Shown one piece after another: positions 46,091 to 54,836 of a DNA stretch of 64,000 bases. Under the pieces are notes generated by a model. It ran no database searches. It was not told the origin of the DNA and worked only from the letters and a program-made list of their open reading frames with translations. The position numbers and the translations under genes were made by a program. Origin of the DNA: an uncultured Bacteroidales bacterium. Its GTDB lineage: Bacteria > Bacteroidota > Bacteroidia > Bacteroidales > DASQZP01. Numbering within the stretch: position 1 is the first letter of the stretch; each line of letters starts with the position of its first letter. The stretch lies in contig CAWAMZ010000018.1 of assembly GCA_963783315.1 (NCBI GenBank), positions 12,107-76,106 of the forward strand, read 5' to 3'.

Positions 46091-46098
46091 TATATTTG
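46091..46098 (+). promoter_or_regulatory. candidate -7 promoter box (TATATTTG) of the trp leader transcript
   Basis: Exact TAnnTTTG match ending 5 nt before ATG 46104. This implies the transcript starts at or after that ATG, so the leader may be translated from ATG 46131/46134. Confidence 0.35.
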
Positions 46099-46103
46099 TA
46101 TTC

Positions 46104-46181
46104 ATGTTACAAAACACATCAAATATTGGAATGATGAATTTAACTGGTTGGCGCTGGCGCAGGAAATTTCTGACGTCGTAA
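46104..46181 (+). CDS. tryptophan leader peptide (MLQNTSNIGMMNLTGWRWRRKFLTS; possibly only MMNLTGWRWRRKFLTS)
   Basis: Short ORF read directly from the sequence. It has two Trp codons (46149-51, 46155-57) within a TGGCGC TGGCGC direct repeat. The stop codon is embedded in the antiterminator arm, and the ORF lies upstream of trpB2. Confidence 0.65.
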   Translation: MLQNTSNIGMMNLTGWRWRRKFLTS

Positions 46182-46244
46182 ACAACCATAAGATATAACT
46201 CTATTATAATCAAAAAGGCATGTTGTTTACGACATGCCTTTTTT
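46175..46244 (+). promoter_or_regulatory. transcription attenuator: antiterminator and terminator alternative hairpins
   Basis: The terminator is GGCATGT (46217-23) / ACATGCC (46232-38) followed by TTTTTT (46239-44). The 12-nt GTCGTAAACAAC (46175-86) is perfectly complementary to GTTGTTTACGAC (46222-33), which overlaps the terminator's 5' arm and loop. Confidence 0.7.
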
Positions 46245-46271
46245 AGTGTTCATTCAATAAATAATTAAACC

Positions 46272-47636
46272 ATGACCAAAACTCACAAAATTATCCTTTC
46301 TGAGAAAGAGATGCCGACATCCTGGTATAACATTCAGGCAGACATGCCCAATCCCATGCTACCTCCTCTGCACCCCGGGACTAAAAAACCAATAGGCCCG
46401 GAAGATTTGGCTCCGCTTTTCCCTATGGAACTGATCAAACAAGAGGTATCCACAGAGCGTTGGATTGAAATTCCTGAAGAAGTGCAGGATGTGTATAAAC
46501 TTTACCGGCCCAGTCCTTTGCACCGTGCCCATAATCTTGAAAAGTTATTGGATACGCCTGCAAAAATTTATTATAAAAATGAAGGCGTCAGTCCGGCAGG
46601 TTCACACAAACCGAACACTGCCATTGCACAGGCTTATTATAACAAGAAGGAAGGTGTTAAACGGATAACCACAGAGACGGGAGCGGGTCAGTGGGGCAGC
46701 GCATTGAGTTTTGCAACCAATCATTTTGGCATTGAATTGAAAGTATTTATGGTACGGTTAAGCTATGAACAGAAACCCTATCGCAAGTTTATGATCAACA
46801 CGTGGAACGGGGATGTTGTCCCCTCCCCGAGTGAACTGACCGAATCTGGCAGAAAAATCCTGAAGATGTATCCTGACAGCCCGGGAAGCCTGGGAATAGC
46901 CATCTCCGAGGCAGTCGAAATGGCAGCTAAAGATCCGGATACCAAGTATTCTCTGGGAAGTGTGCTTAATCATGTGTTATTGCATCAGACAATAATCGGC
47001 CAGGAAGCCATTACCCAGTTTGAGAAAACAGATGATTTTCCGGATATGGTGATTGCACCATTCGGTGGCGGGTCAAATTTTGCCGGTATTTCCTTTCCCT
47101 TCCTGCATCAGAATCTTACACAGGGTAAGAAAGTACGATGTATTGCTGTTGAACCTACTTCCTGTCCAAAACTGACCAAGGGGCAGTTCCGGTATGATTT
47201 TGGAGATACCGTCGGCCTGACACCTTTACTGGCTATGTATACCCTCGGACACAATTTTATACCCGCCAGTATTCATGCAGGTGGATTGCGTTACCATGGT
47301 GCAGGAGCCATTGTCAGTCAGTTACTGAAAGACAGGCTCATTGAGGCTGAAGCCGTCCACCAGCTCGAAACCTTTGAAGCAGGAGTCAAGTTTGCCCGCA
47401 CAGAAGGAATCATTCCGGCTCCGGAATCATGCCATGCCATTGCCCAGGTGATCAGAGAAGCTGAAATGGCAAAAAAAGAAGGTAAAAGCAAAACAATATT
47501 ATTTAACCTGTCAGGCCATGGCCATTTTGATCTTTCATCATACGACAAATATTTTAAAGGTGAACTTACTGATTTCGCTATTACACAGGAAGAAATTGAT
47601 AACAGCCTGGCAGAAATTGAACATCTGGCAGAATAA
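46272..47636 (+). CDS. trpB: TrpB2-type tryptophan synthase beta-like PLP enzyme (stand-alone)
   Basis: 454 aa with the extended TrpB2 N-terminus ([13 protein letters not shown]), the PLP-lysine context [11 protein letters not shown] and the GGGSNFAG phosphate loop. No trpA or other trp genes are adjacent. Confidence 0.85.
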   Translation: MTKTHKIILSEKEMPTSWYNIQADMPNPMLPPLHPGTKKPIGPEDLAPLFPMELIKQEVSTERWIEIPEEVQDVYKLYRPSPLHRAHNLEKLLDTPAKIYYKNEGVSPAGSHKPNTAIAQAYYNKKEGVKRITTETGAGQWGSALSFATNHFGIELKVFMVRLSYEQKPYRKFMINTWNGDVVPSPSELTESGRKILKMYPDSPGSLGIAISEAVEMAAKDPDTKYSLGSVLNHVLLHQTIIGQEAITQFEKTDDFPDMVIAPFGGGSNFAGISFPFLHQNLTQGKKVRCIAVEPTSCPKLTKGQFRYDFGDTVGLTPLLAMYTLGHNFIPASIHAGGLRYHGAGAIVSQLLKDRLIEAEAVHQLETFEAGVKFARTEGIIPAPESCHAIAQVIREAEMAKKEGKSKTILFNLSGHGHFDLSSYDKYFKGELTDFAITQEEIDNSLAEIEHLAE

Positions 47637-47743
47637 AAGTAATTTTGCTGTATCATGAAATATCAGCCGGACAAATTGACCTCTAACGGTCAGTTTTCCG
47701 GTATCCGGATGTTAATAATACAGCCATTATTCCTGTTTTGACA

Positions 47744-47887
47744 ATGATTGATCAACTTAATAAAAAAGTTGCCTCGCGGCGTATCATCGTTCTGATCATT
47801 CTGTTGGTGATTGTTGTGGCTTTTCTGATAGCTGCTGTAAATTACAATGATGTATTTATCAGGTTTTTTTCTAAATCGCCACATTAA
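47744..47887 (+). CDS. possible 47-aa single-pass membrane protein (below the ORF-track size cutoff)
   Basis: ATG-initiated ORF MIDQLNKKVASRRIIVLIILLVIVVAFLIAAVNYNDVFIRFFSKSPH, with a basic N-terminus followed by a clean 20-residue TM helix. It is more protein-like than the listed antisense 79-aa ORF. Confidence 0.3.
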   Translation: MIDQLNKKVASRRIIVLIILLVIVVAFLIAAVNYNDVFIRFFSKSPH

Positions 47888-48020
47888 AAAATATGCATTT
47901 AAGCAAAAACGATTCGTCGAAAGATGCAAATAAATATTTATTGTGATTTCTTATATTAACATACTAAAAGTATTGTAAAAGAATCGGGTAAAAATAATTC
48001 TTCCGGAAATCAGAAATTCC

Positions 48021-48626
48021 TTATTGCATTATCAAAGGTTCAATGAGATTCCGCAATGAATTATAGTTATTTACCACTGGTAGTTCGGGATGATCATCAA
48101 TCACATTTTGGGGTGGAGAAAAAAGAATGCCTTTATCAGCCTGCTGTAACATAGTAATATCATTGTAGGAATCACCAAATGCAATAACCTTGTAAAGCAA
48201 ACTCTGTAATGCTTCCACAACCTTCTTCTTAGGGTTAGGCTGCCTCAGGTTATAGTCAATCACCATCCCCTCGTTATCTGTAGTCAGTGTATGGCAAAAA
48301 AGCGTAGGCCGTCCGAGTTTTTCCATGAGCGGATCAGCAAATTCCCGGAAGGTGTCGGAAACAATAATGATCTGGCTTACTGTTCTTAACCAGTCAAGGA
48401 ATTCAACAGCACCAGGTAGGGGATCAATAGTAGCAATAACCTTTTGAATGTCATGTAGGGTTAATCCGTGCTGCTTCAAAATGTTCAGCCGTTTGGTCAT
48501 CAATACATCATAATCATTGATATCCCTGGTAGTAAGTTTAAGCTCCTCAATACCTGTTTTTTTCGCAACGTTTATCCACACTTCCGGCACAAAAACCCCT
48601 TCAAGGTCAGAACAAATTACATACAT
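48021..48626 (-). CDS. thrH: ThrH-type phosphoserine phosphatase / phosphoserine:homoserine phosphotransferase
   Basis: 201-aa HAD protein that is collinear, from memory, with Pseudomonas aeruginosa ThrH. Matching blocks are DLEGVFVPEVWI, TTRDINDYDVLMTKRLNIL, PLPGAVEFLDWLR, IVSDTF, GDSYNDITML. Confidence 0.75.
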   Translation of the reverse strand: MYVICSDLEGVFVPEVWINVAKKTGIEELKLTTRDINDYDVLMTKRLNILKQHGLTLHDIQKVIATIDPLPGAVEFLDWLRTVSQIIIVSDTFREFADPLMEKLGRPTLFCHTLTTDNEGMVIDYNLRQPNPKKKVVEALQSLLYKVIAFGDSYNDITMLQQADKGILFSPPQNVIDDHPELPVVNNYNSLRNLIEPLIMQ

Positions 48627-48651
48627 AGGTGATTCCTTTAACTTTTAGTAA

Positions 48652-50013
48652 TCAGAAATTATCTTTCAAATATGCCTTAAATTTTTCATAATCATTCTGA
48701 AGCGGAACATATTCTTCTTTCTTTTTATCCAGTCCCTGCAGACTGACCGGCAGTTCCGGTTCAATGCCGGCACCATTCATCACTTCCTCCGGAAATTTTG
48801 CGGGATGCGCAGTTTCAAGGCTTACACCTGGTCCATTAAAATTTTTATCTCTTTGCCGAAATTCTTCAAGTCCTTTCCAGGCAACTGCACCATGTGGCTC
48901 GAGTACAATATCATATTTTTTGAATGTGTCACGGATAGTCTGCCGGGTTATTTCATCGGAAACACTAACGGCAAAGAAATCCTGACTGATCTTTTGGAAA
49001 TCCGGTTCTTTGACTATTTCACCTTTTTCGTTCATCACTCCGTCATAAAGGGATATCAATCTGGCCATGTTACTGGGATGTCCCACATTCATAGCACTTG
49101 AAATACAATTTTTAGAGGGTACTATGGTATTGTATGTTGAAGTATTCAGATAAACAGGAAACTCATCGTTTTCATTGGTTGAAACAACAAACCGGTTAAC
49201 CGGCAATCCCATCTCCCTGGCAATCAGCCCACCCATCAGATTGCCGAAATTCCCTGAAGGGACAGAAAAAATAATTTGTTCATCGGGAATTTGCTTTGCA
49301 AGACGCGAATAAGCATAAAAATAGTAGACTGATTGCGGCAACAATCTGCCGATATTGATTGAGTTGGCTGAGGAAAGGCTTAATACATCAAGATCCCGAT
49401 CAGAAAAAGCCTGTTTGACCAATGCCTGGCAATCATCAAATTTACCATCCAGTTCAATAACACTAATATTCTTTTGCAAAGTAGTCATTTGCTTTCGCTG
49501 ACGATCAGTTACTTCACCTTTCGGAAATAAAATTACCACCCTGATGTTGTCAAGGTCATAAAAAGCATTGGCGATGGCACTGCCGGTGTCGCCGGATGTT
49601 GCAGTCAGGATCAGTAATTCACGATTATCTATTTTGAGATAATATTGCATGAGTCTGCCCATCATCCGGGCTGCAAAATCCTTGAAGCTGGCGGTAGGCC
49701 CCTGGTCAAGCCGCATAACATAGTTATCTCCGGTAATTTTTTCGAGAGGAATTTCAAAATTGTAGGCATCCCGGCAAATATCGCGTAAATCTTCTGCAGG
49801 CATCTGATCGTTCAAAAATGCAGACAAAACGGTAAAGGCAATTTCATGATAGGGCATATGCTGAAAAGCTTTTATCGTTTCCTTTTTCAGGACCGGTATT
49901 TTTTCAGGCATAAACAATCCTCTGTCAGGAGCCAGCCCCTTCAGTAGCGCTTCCCTGAAGCTCAGGGGAGCTGCCTTCAAATTGGTGGAAAAATAGTTAA
50001 TGGTTGCTGACAT
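48652..50013 (-). CDS. thrC: threonine synthase
   Basis: PLP-lysine context GPTASFKDFAAR, SGNFGN, and length and layout of long-form ThrC. It lies in an operon with thrA. Confidence 0.9.
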   Translation of the reverse strand: MSATINYFSTNLKAAPLSFREALLKGLAPDRGLFMPEKIPVLKKETIKAFQHMPYHEIAFTVLSAFLNDQMPAEDLRDICRDAYNFEIPLEKITGDNYVMRLDQGPTASFKDFAARMMGRLMQYYLKIDNRELLILTATSGDTGSAIANAFYDLDNIRVVILFPKGEVTDRQRKQMTTLQKNISVIELDGKFDDCQALVKQAFSDRDLDVLSLSSANSINIGRLLPQSVYYFYAYSRLAKQIPDEQIIFSVPSGNFGNLMGGLIAREMGLPVNRFVVSTNENDEFPVYLNTSTYNTIVPSKNCISSAMNVGHPSNMARLISLYDGVMNEKGEIVKEPDFQKISQDFFAVSVSDEITRQTIRDTFKKYDIVLEPHGAVAWKGLEEFRQRDKNFNGPGVSLETAHPAKFPEEVMNGAGIEPELPVSLQGLDKKKEEYVPLQNDYEKFKAYLKDNF

Positions 50014-50025
50014 ATTTAATTTCTT

Positions 50026-50688
50026 TTAAATCATTGAATTGATATATTCGAACTGATTGTTATCAAATTCCTCCAGTGAGGATAGCCTTATATCAGCAAT
50101 GCTGTATCTTGGCTGATCTATCGGAGGTTCAGGAATAATCACCGTCTTCATTCGGGCAGCCTTGGCGGCAATCAACCCATTGAAACTATCTTCAAACGCC
50201 AGACAACGTGCAGGTTCAGCACCCAGTTGCCTGGCCGCTTCAATGTATACTGAAGGATGAGGCTTCCCAAAGCCAGTATCTTCAGCAGAAACAGTGACTT
50301 TAATATCATTCTTTAATCCCAGCACTTCCATTGCTGCAGTGATAATTTCTCTGGGAGATGATGAGGCGAGTCCGATTGGTAATTTTTTATTTATAAAATA
50401 CTGCAGAACCTGATTCACACCCTTTTTGGGCTTTCCTTCACGCAGGATGTGTGCCTTCATATTATCAAATACTTCTTTTTTAATCTCATCCGGGTCAAAA
50501 TTAGCCCACGGTTTATAATTATACCAGTGCATGATCACCTCCATTGTGCCCAATCCGTAAGTTTCTTCCTGCATTTCGGGAGTTAGGACAACTCCTTTTT
50601 TTGCAAAAGCATTGAACTCCTCAAGTTGCCAGAAAGGTTCTGAATCAATGAGCAGCCCGTCCATATCAAAAATAACAGCTTCAATCAT
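50026..50688 (-). CDS. HAD-IA phosphatase, HxpB/YniC-like sugar-phosphate phosphatase
   Basis: HAD motifs FDMDGLLIDSE (I), LASSS (II), KPHP, EDSFNG (III/IV). From memory it is collinear with E. coli YniC, including AAKAARM ... SSLEEF. Confidence 0.7.
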   Translation of the reverse strand: MIEAVIFDMDGLLIDSEPFWQLEEFNAFAKKGVVLTPEMQEETYGLGTMEVIMHWYNYKPWANFDPDEIKKEVFDNMKAHILREGKPKKGVNQVLQYFINKKLPIGLASSSPREIITAAMEVLGLKNDIKVTVSAEDTGFGKPHPSVYIEAARQLGAEPARCLAFEDSFNGLIAAKAARMKTVIIPEPPIDQPRYSIADIRLSSLEEFDNNQFEYINSMI

Positions 50689-50696
50689 TTATATTT

Positions 50697-53120
50697 CTAT
50701 ACATTTGCGATCCGGATAATATCGGCAAATACACCTGCCGCAGTTACTTCTGCACCTGCTCCATACCCTTTTATGATCATTGGTTGTTCATTGTATCTTT
50801 CGGTTGTGATCAAAATGATATTATTGCTCCCTTCAAGAGAATAGGCTGGATGCAAAAAATCAACTTCCATAAGTTCGATGCTGGCATTCCCGTTATCCAG
50901 ACTGGCAACATAACGCCATTTCTTTTGCTGCTCTTCCAGCTTTTGCCGTTTGGTCTCAAATTCGGCATCGATTTTTTCCAGCTCCATCCAGAAATCATCA
51001 AGTGATCCGCTGAAACAGCTCTCAGGGAGAAAAGATTTTATCTTAACATCTTTTTTCTCGAGCTTGTATCCTGCTTCCCTTGACAGTATCAGGAGCTTAC
51101 GCAATACATCAACTCCACTCAGGTCGATACGCGGATCTGGTTCGGAAAACCCCTTTTCCTGAGCCATTTTTACAGCTTTACTCAACGAGATCTCACTGCT
51201 TATTACATTGAAGATGAAGTTGAGAGTACCGGATAGTACCGCTTCCAGCTTCAGTATTCTATCTCCGCTTCTGATCAGATCATTAATGGTATTGATGATG
51301 GGTAAACCTGCTCCAACATTGGTTTCAAAGATAAACCTCACATTTTTATCGAGTGCTGTTGATTTAAGACTTTCGTAGAACGCATACTCAGATGAAGCAG
51401 CAATTTTATTGGCAGTGACAATAGATGCCCAGGAATTCAGTATCATCGGATAGAGTGCTGTAACCTGCTCACTGGCTGTGCAATCCACAAATACACTGTT
51501 CCGCAGATTCATCTTTGTCATTTGCTTAACAAAGTCATGCAGATCAGTCCTCTCACCAAGCTTGTCCAAACTATCTAGATAATGACTAATATTTATGCAG
51601 TTCTTATCTACCAGCATCTTCCGGGAATTAGCGATTCCGGCAAGATTAATCTTAAGCCTGTGCTGTTTCATTAGTTTCTCCTTCTGCTGGTCAATCTGGG
51701 AAAGCAGACTGCGGCCTACTGTTCCAACGCCTATAACGTAAAGATGGAGTTCTTTATAATGAGAAAGGAAGAACCCTTCGTGAATAACGTTCAAAGCTTT
51801 CTTTAACGCCTTATGCTGCACCACAACCGAAATATTCAATTCGGAAGATCCCTGTGCCGTTGCTATGACATTGATCCCGTTACGGCCGAGTGAGCGAAAA
51901 AGATTAGCGGAGATACCCGGAGTATTTTTCATCTTTTCTCCGACAATGGCAATAATTGACAGTTCTCTTTCAATGTGCACCTTGATCTCCTTCACCTCAA
52001 TCTCTGAAACAAATTCTTGCTCAATTGATTTAACTGCCCTTTTTGTATCCAGCGGATTAATCGCAAAAGTGATGGAATATTCGGATGAAGCCTGAGTAAT
52101 CATAATCACATTAACCTTTGCTTTTGCCAGTGCGCTGAACAGCCGCATAGACACTCCGCTAACGCCCACCATGCCAGCACCCTGCAGGGTGATGAGATCA
52201 ACATTATCAATTGAAGAAATACCTTTTATAAATGTTCCGTCGGCTTCTTCTTTTTTGTTGCTGATAAGTGTTCCGGGAACAGTGGGATTGAAAGTATTTT
52301 TTATTACAAGTGGAATGCTCTTTTGAAATACCGGTTTAATTGTAGGTGTGTATAATACTTTTGCCCCGAAATGAGACAATTCCATTGCCTCCGCATAAGT
52401 CAGATGCTTGACGGCATAGGCTTTTTCAACTTTTCTCGGATCTGCTGTCATAAATCCGTCAACATCAGTCCATATTTCAAGCCGTTCAGCATCAAGTGCT
52501 GCTGCAATAATAGATGCAGTATAATCTGAACCGCCTCTGCCCAGGGTAGTTGTATCACCCTCCTCATTACTACCGATAAACCCTGGTACGATAACCGTTT
52601 CATGGACATGTGAAAATGCAGTTTTAAGCATCTCATTGGTCAGTTTAAAATCGACTCTTGCATTTCCAAACTGGCTGTCAGTTCTTATAAATTCCCTAAT
52701 ATCAACAAATTTTGACTGATCAAAAGTATTAGCGATAATAAAGGCCGATAGCCGCTCACCAAAACTTAAAATGTAATCAAGCGTCTTAAGTGTTAGCTCT
52801 TTAAGTAGATATACACCATGTAAAACAATATCAAGATCTTTCAGCATCCGGTTGACTTCCCCAAGCACAAAATCCTGGTTATGTTTCTTAACCATTCGCA
52901 CAGCTTCCAGGTGTCTTCCGGAGAGCTGATCAAGCTCCTTTTTATAGGCATCATCCTGTACCCTGGCCATTTCACCCAGTTTGACAAGCTGATCAGTAAT
53001 ACCCCTGAAGGCAGAAACAACGACAACAGTACCTGCCGGCAGATTTTCAACAATTTCTTTGACACCCCGGATACGTTCCGGGTTACCGACTGAAGATCCT
53101 CCAAACTTTAAGACTTTCAT
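50697..53120 (-). CDS. thrA: bifunctional aspartokinase / homoserine dehydrogenase
   Basis: 807 aa with an N-terminal aspartokinase (KFGGSSVG, GRGGSDYTA), central ACT repeats and a C-terminal homoserine dehydrogenase (VIGVGTVG Rossmann). Confidence 0.95.
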   Translation of the reverse strand: MKVLKFGGSSVGNPERIRGVKEIVENLPAGTVVVVSAFRGITDQLVKLGEMARVQDDAYKKELDQLSGRHLEAVRMVKKHNQDFVLGEVNRMLKDLDIVLHGVYLLKELTLKTLDYILSFGERLSAFIIANTFDQSKFVDIREFIRTDSQFGNARVDFKLTNEMLKTAFSHVHETVIVPGFIGSNEEGDTTTLGRGGSDYTASIIAAALDAERLEIWTDVDGFMTADPRKVEKAYAVKHLTYAEAMELSHFGAKVLYTPTIKPVFQKSIPLVIKNTFNPTVPGTLISNKKEEADGTFIKGISSIDNVDLITLQGAGMVGVSGVSMRLFSALAKAKVNVIMITQASSEYSITFAINPLDTKRAVKSIEQEFVSEIEVKEIKVHIERELSIIAIVGEKMKNTPGISANLFRSLGRNGINVIATAQGSSELNISVVVQHKALKKALNVIHEGFFLSHYKELHLYVIGVGTVGRSLLSQIDQQKEKLMKQHRLKINLAGIANSRKMLVDKNCINISHYLDSLDKLGERTDLHDFVKQMTKMNLRNSVFVDCTASEQVTALYPMILNSWASIVTANKIAASSEYAFYESLKSTALDKNVRFIFETNVGAGLPIINTINDLIRSGDRILKLEAVLSGTLNFIFNVISSEISLSKAVKMAQEKGFSEPDPRIDLSGVDVLRKLLILSREAGYKLEKKDVKIKSFLPESCFSGSLDDFWMELEKIDAEFETKRQKLEEQQKKWRYVASLDNGNASIELMEVDFLHPAYSLEGSNNIILITTERYNEQPMIIKGYGAGAEVTAAGVFADIIRIANV

Positions 53121-53565
53121 ATTTTACAAATATTAACGGAATTACTGTAATTTGAAATCAATCTGCCCGGCTTAAAACTTATTGATGTAGTAACTTACCG
53201 GATACAAAAATTTTTATGTATTGTTCTGCAAAAAGTGAACTGTTTTCCTGTGCATTTCAAATACAACATTTTCCTGTTTAGAGCAGACAAACATAAAAAA
53301 CGAATTAATTACCCCTGCAATTTGTCTGCATTTATCACAAAACCTTATGCAAAAATAACAGAAATATTCTTTTCTGTAGCCTGATTATTCAGTTTATAAC
53401 AGATGAAGTGGAAAATGATTAAAACTGTAATTTAACAAACAGAGTCAGAAAGGCATGTTAGCGGCAAATCATATTTTATGGAATATTGTGGAATGATTTG
53501 TAATGCATTCGGGATAGATGGCCAACACAGATACTATCAATTCCAAAAACAGGATGCTGCAGTTT

Positions 53566-53608
53566 AGAATCAAAGAACAGCTTACCCGTTATTTTTCCGG
53601 GTAAGCTG
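53566..53608 (-). terminator. rho-independent terminator of fabD
   Basis: 11-bp stem CAGCTTACCCG / CGGGTAAGCTG (53578-88 / 53598-608) with a 9-nt loop, followed on the minus strand by TTCTTTGATT. Confidence 0.6.
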
Positions 53609-53641
53609 ATTATTAGTTACTGTCAGACCAATCAGGCTTGT

Positions 53642-54526
53642 TTATGAAAGAGCAGCACTGGATACATCAACATTTCTGTCAACTTTTTTAATCAGTCCCT
53701 GCAATACTTTGCCAGGGCCAACCTCAACAAAAGATTTAGCTCCGTCCTTAAGCATATTTTCAACGGTCTGTGTCCAGCGCACCGGAGCAGTTAACTGTGC
53801 AACAAGGTTTTGTTTTATCTGCTCAGGGTTAGTGAAAGGAGCTGCATGCACATTTTGATAAACGGGACAAACAGGTTTGCTGATTGTTGTGTTTTCTATA
53901 GCATCAGCGAGTTCGACCCGTGCAGGTTCCATCAGAGGTGAATGAAATGCACCTCCAACAGCCAGTTTAAGAGCCCTTTTAGCTCCCATTTCCGTGAGTT
54001 TTGTTATAGCAGCATCAATACCTGCAACGGAACCGGAAATAACGATCTGTCCCGGACTGTTATAATTAGCAGGTACAACAATTTCATCAATGGAATTGCA
54101 AACTTTTTCAACATTGGCATCATCCATTCCTATGATGGCAGCCATGGTTGATGGTTCGGCCTCACAAGCTTTCTGCATTGCCATTGCCCTTTTAAATACC
54201 AACTGCAAACCGTCTTCAAAATTCATTGCCCCACAAGCTACCAGAGCGGAAAATTCTCCCAGTGAATGACCGGCTGACATATCAGGCTTAAAAGAATTAC
54301 CCAGTACCTTTGCCAGTATCACAGAATGAAGGAAAATTGCAGGCTGTGTTACCCTGGTTTGTTTCAGATCATCATCCGTTCCCGCGAACATAAGATCAGT
54401 TATCCTGAATCCCAGGATGTCATTCGCTGTTTCAAACATGCGTTTTGCTTCATCTGATGATTCATACAGGTCTTTACCCATACCTACAAACTGAGCTCCC
54501 TGCCCGGGAAAAACATATGCTTTCAT
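53642..54526 (-). CDS. fabD: malonyl-CoA:ACP transacylase
   Basis: FPGQGAQ N-terminus, active-site GHSLGE, and the GAFHSPLM region. Confidence 0.95.
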   Translation of the reverse strand: MKAYVFPGQGAQFVGMGKDLYESSDEAKRMFETANDILGFRITDLMFAGTDDDLKQTRVTQPAIFLHSVILAKVLGNSFKPDMSAGHSLGEFSALVACGAMNFEDGLQLVFKRAMAMQKACEAEPSTMAAIIGMDDANVEKVCNSIDEIVVPANYNSPGQIVISGSVAGIDAAITKLTEMGAKRALKLAVGGAFHSPLMEPARVELADAIENTTISKPVCPVYQNVHAAPFTNPEQIKQNLVAQLTAPVRWTQTVENMLKDGAKSFVEVGPGKVLQGLIKKVDRNVDVSSAALS

Positions 54527-54836
54527 AAATATTTGGTTTTAATGAATTTTTTCACAAAAGTAATAAAATAGCCATGAGTATCAACATTACAGTTTTAAAA
54601 TGCTGTATGATTGATGATTATCTATTAATTTTATCAAACAATATCTCCTTGTATTTCAGCAAAAACCAGACGAAGCTTAAAATATTAGTTAAAAATAATC
54701 CTGTAGCTTTTGAAAAGCAATGGGATTTCTTAATTTTAACCTCACAATATTCAGCTTATTTTATTATATTTCGCATTCTGCAGTTTAACATATTGTACAA
54801 TCATAAATAAGAATTGAGGGAAAATCTGATTTGCTA

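Noticed and set aside
47690-47929. The listed 79-aa minus-strand ORF between trpB2 and thrH.
   Set aside because: It is Asn/Gln/His/Ile-rich with no motif. The opposite strand holds a more plausible small TM ORF, and the region may simply be intergenic.
53121-53565. A threonine leader-peptide attenuator upstream of thrA, by analogy with the Trp attenuator found at 46.1 kb.
   Set aside because: I reverse-complemented the whole region and translated every short ATG ORF. None has a run of Thr/Ile codons, and no terminator with a U-tract precedes thrA.
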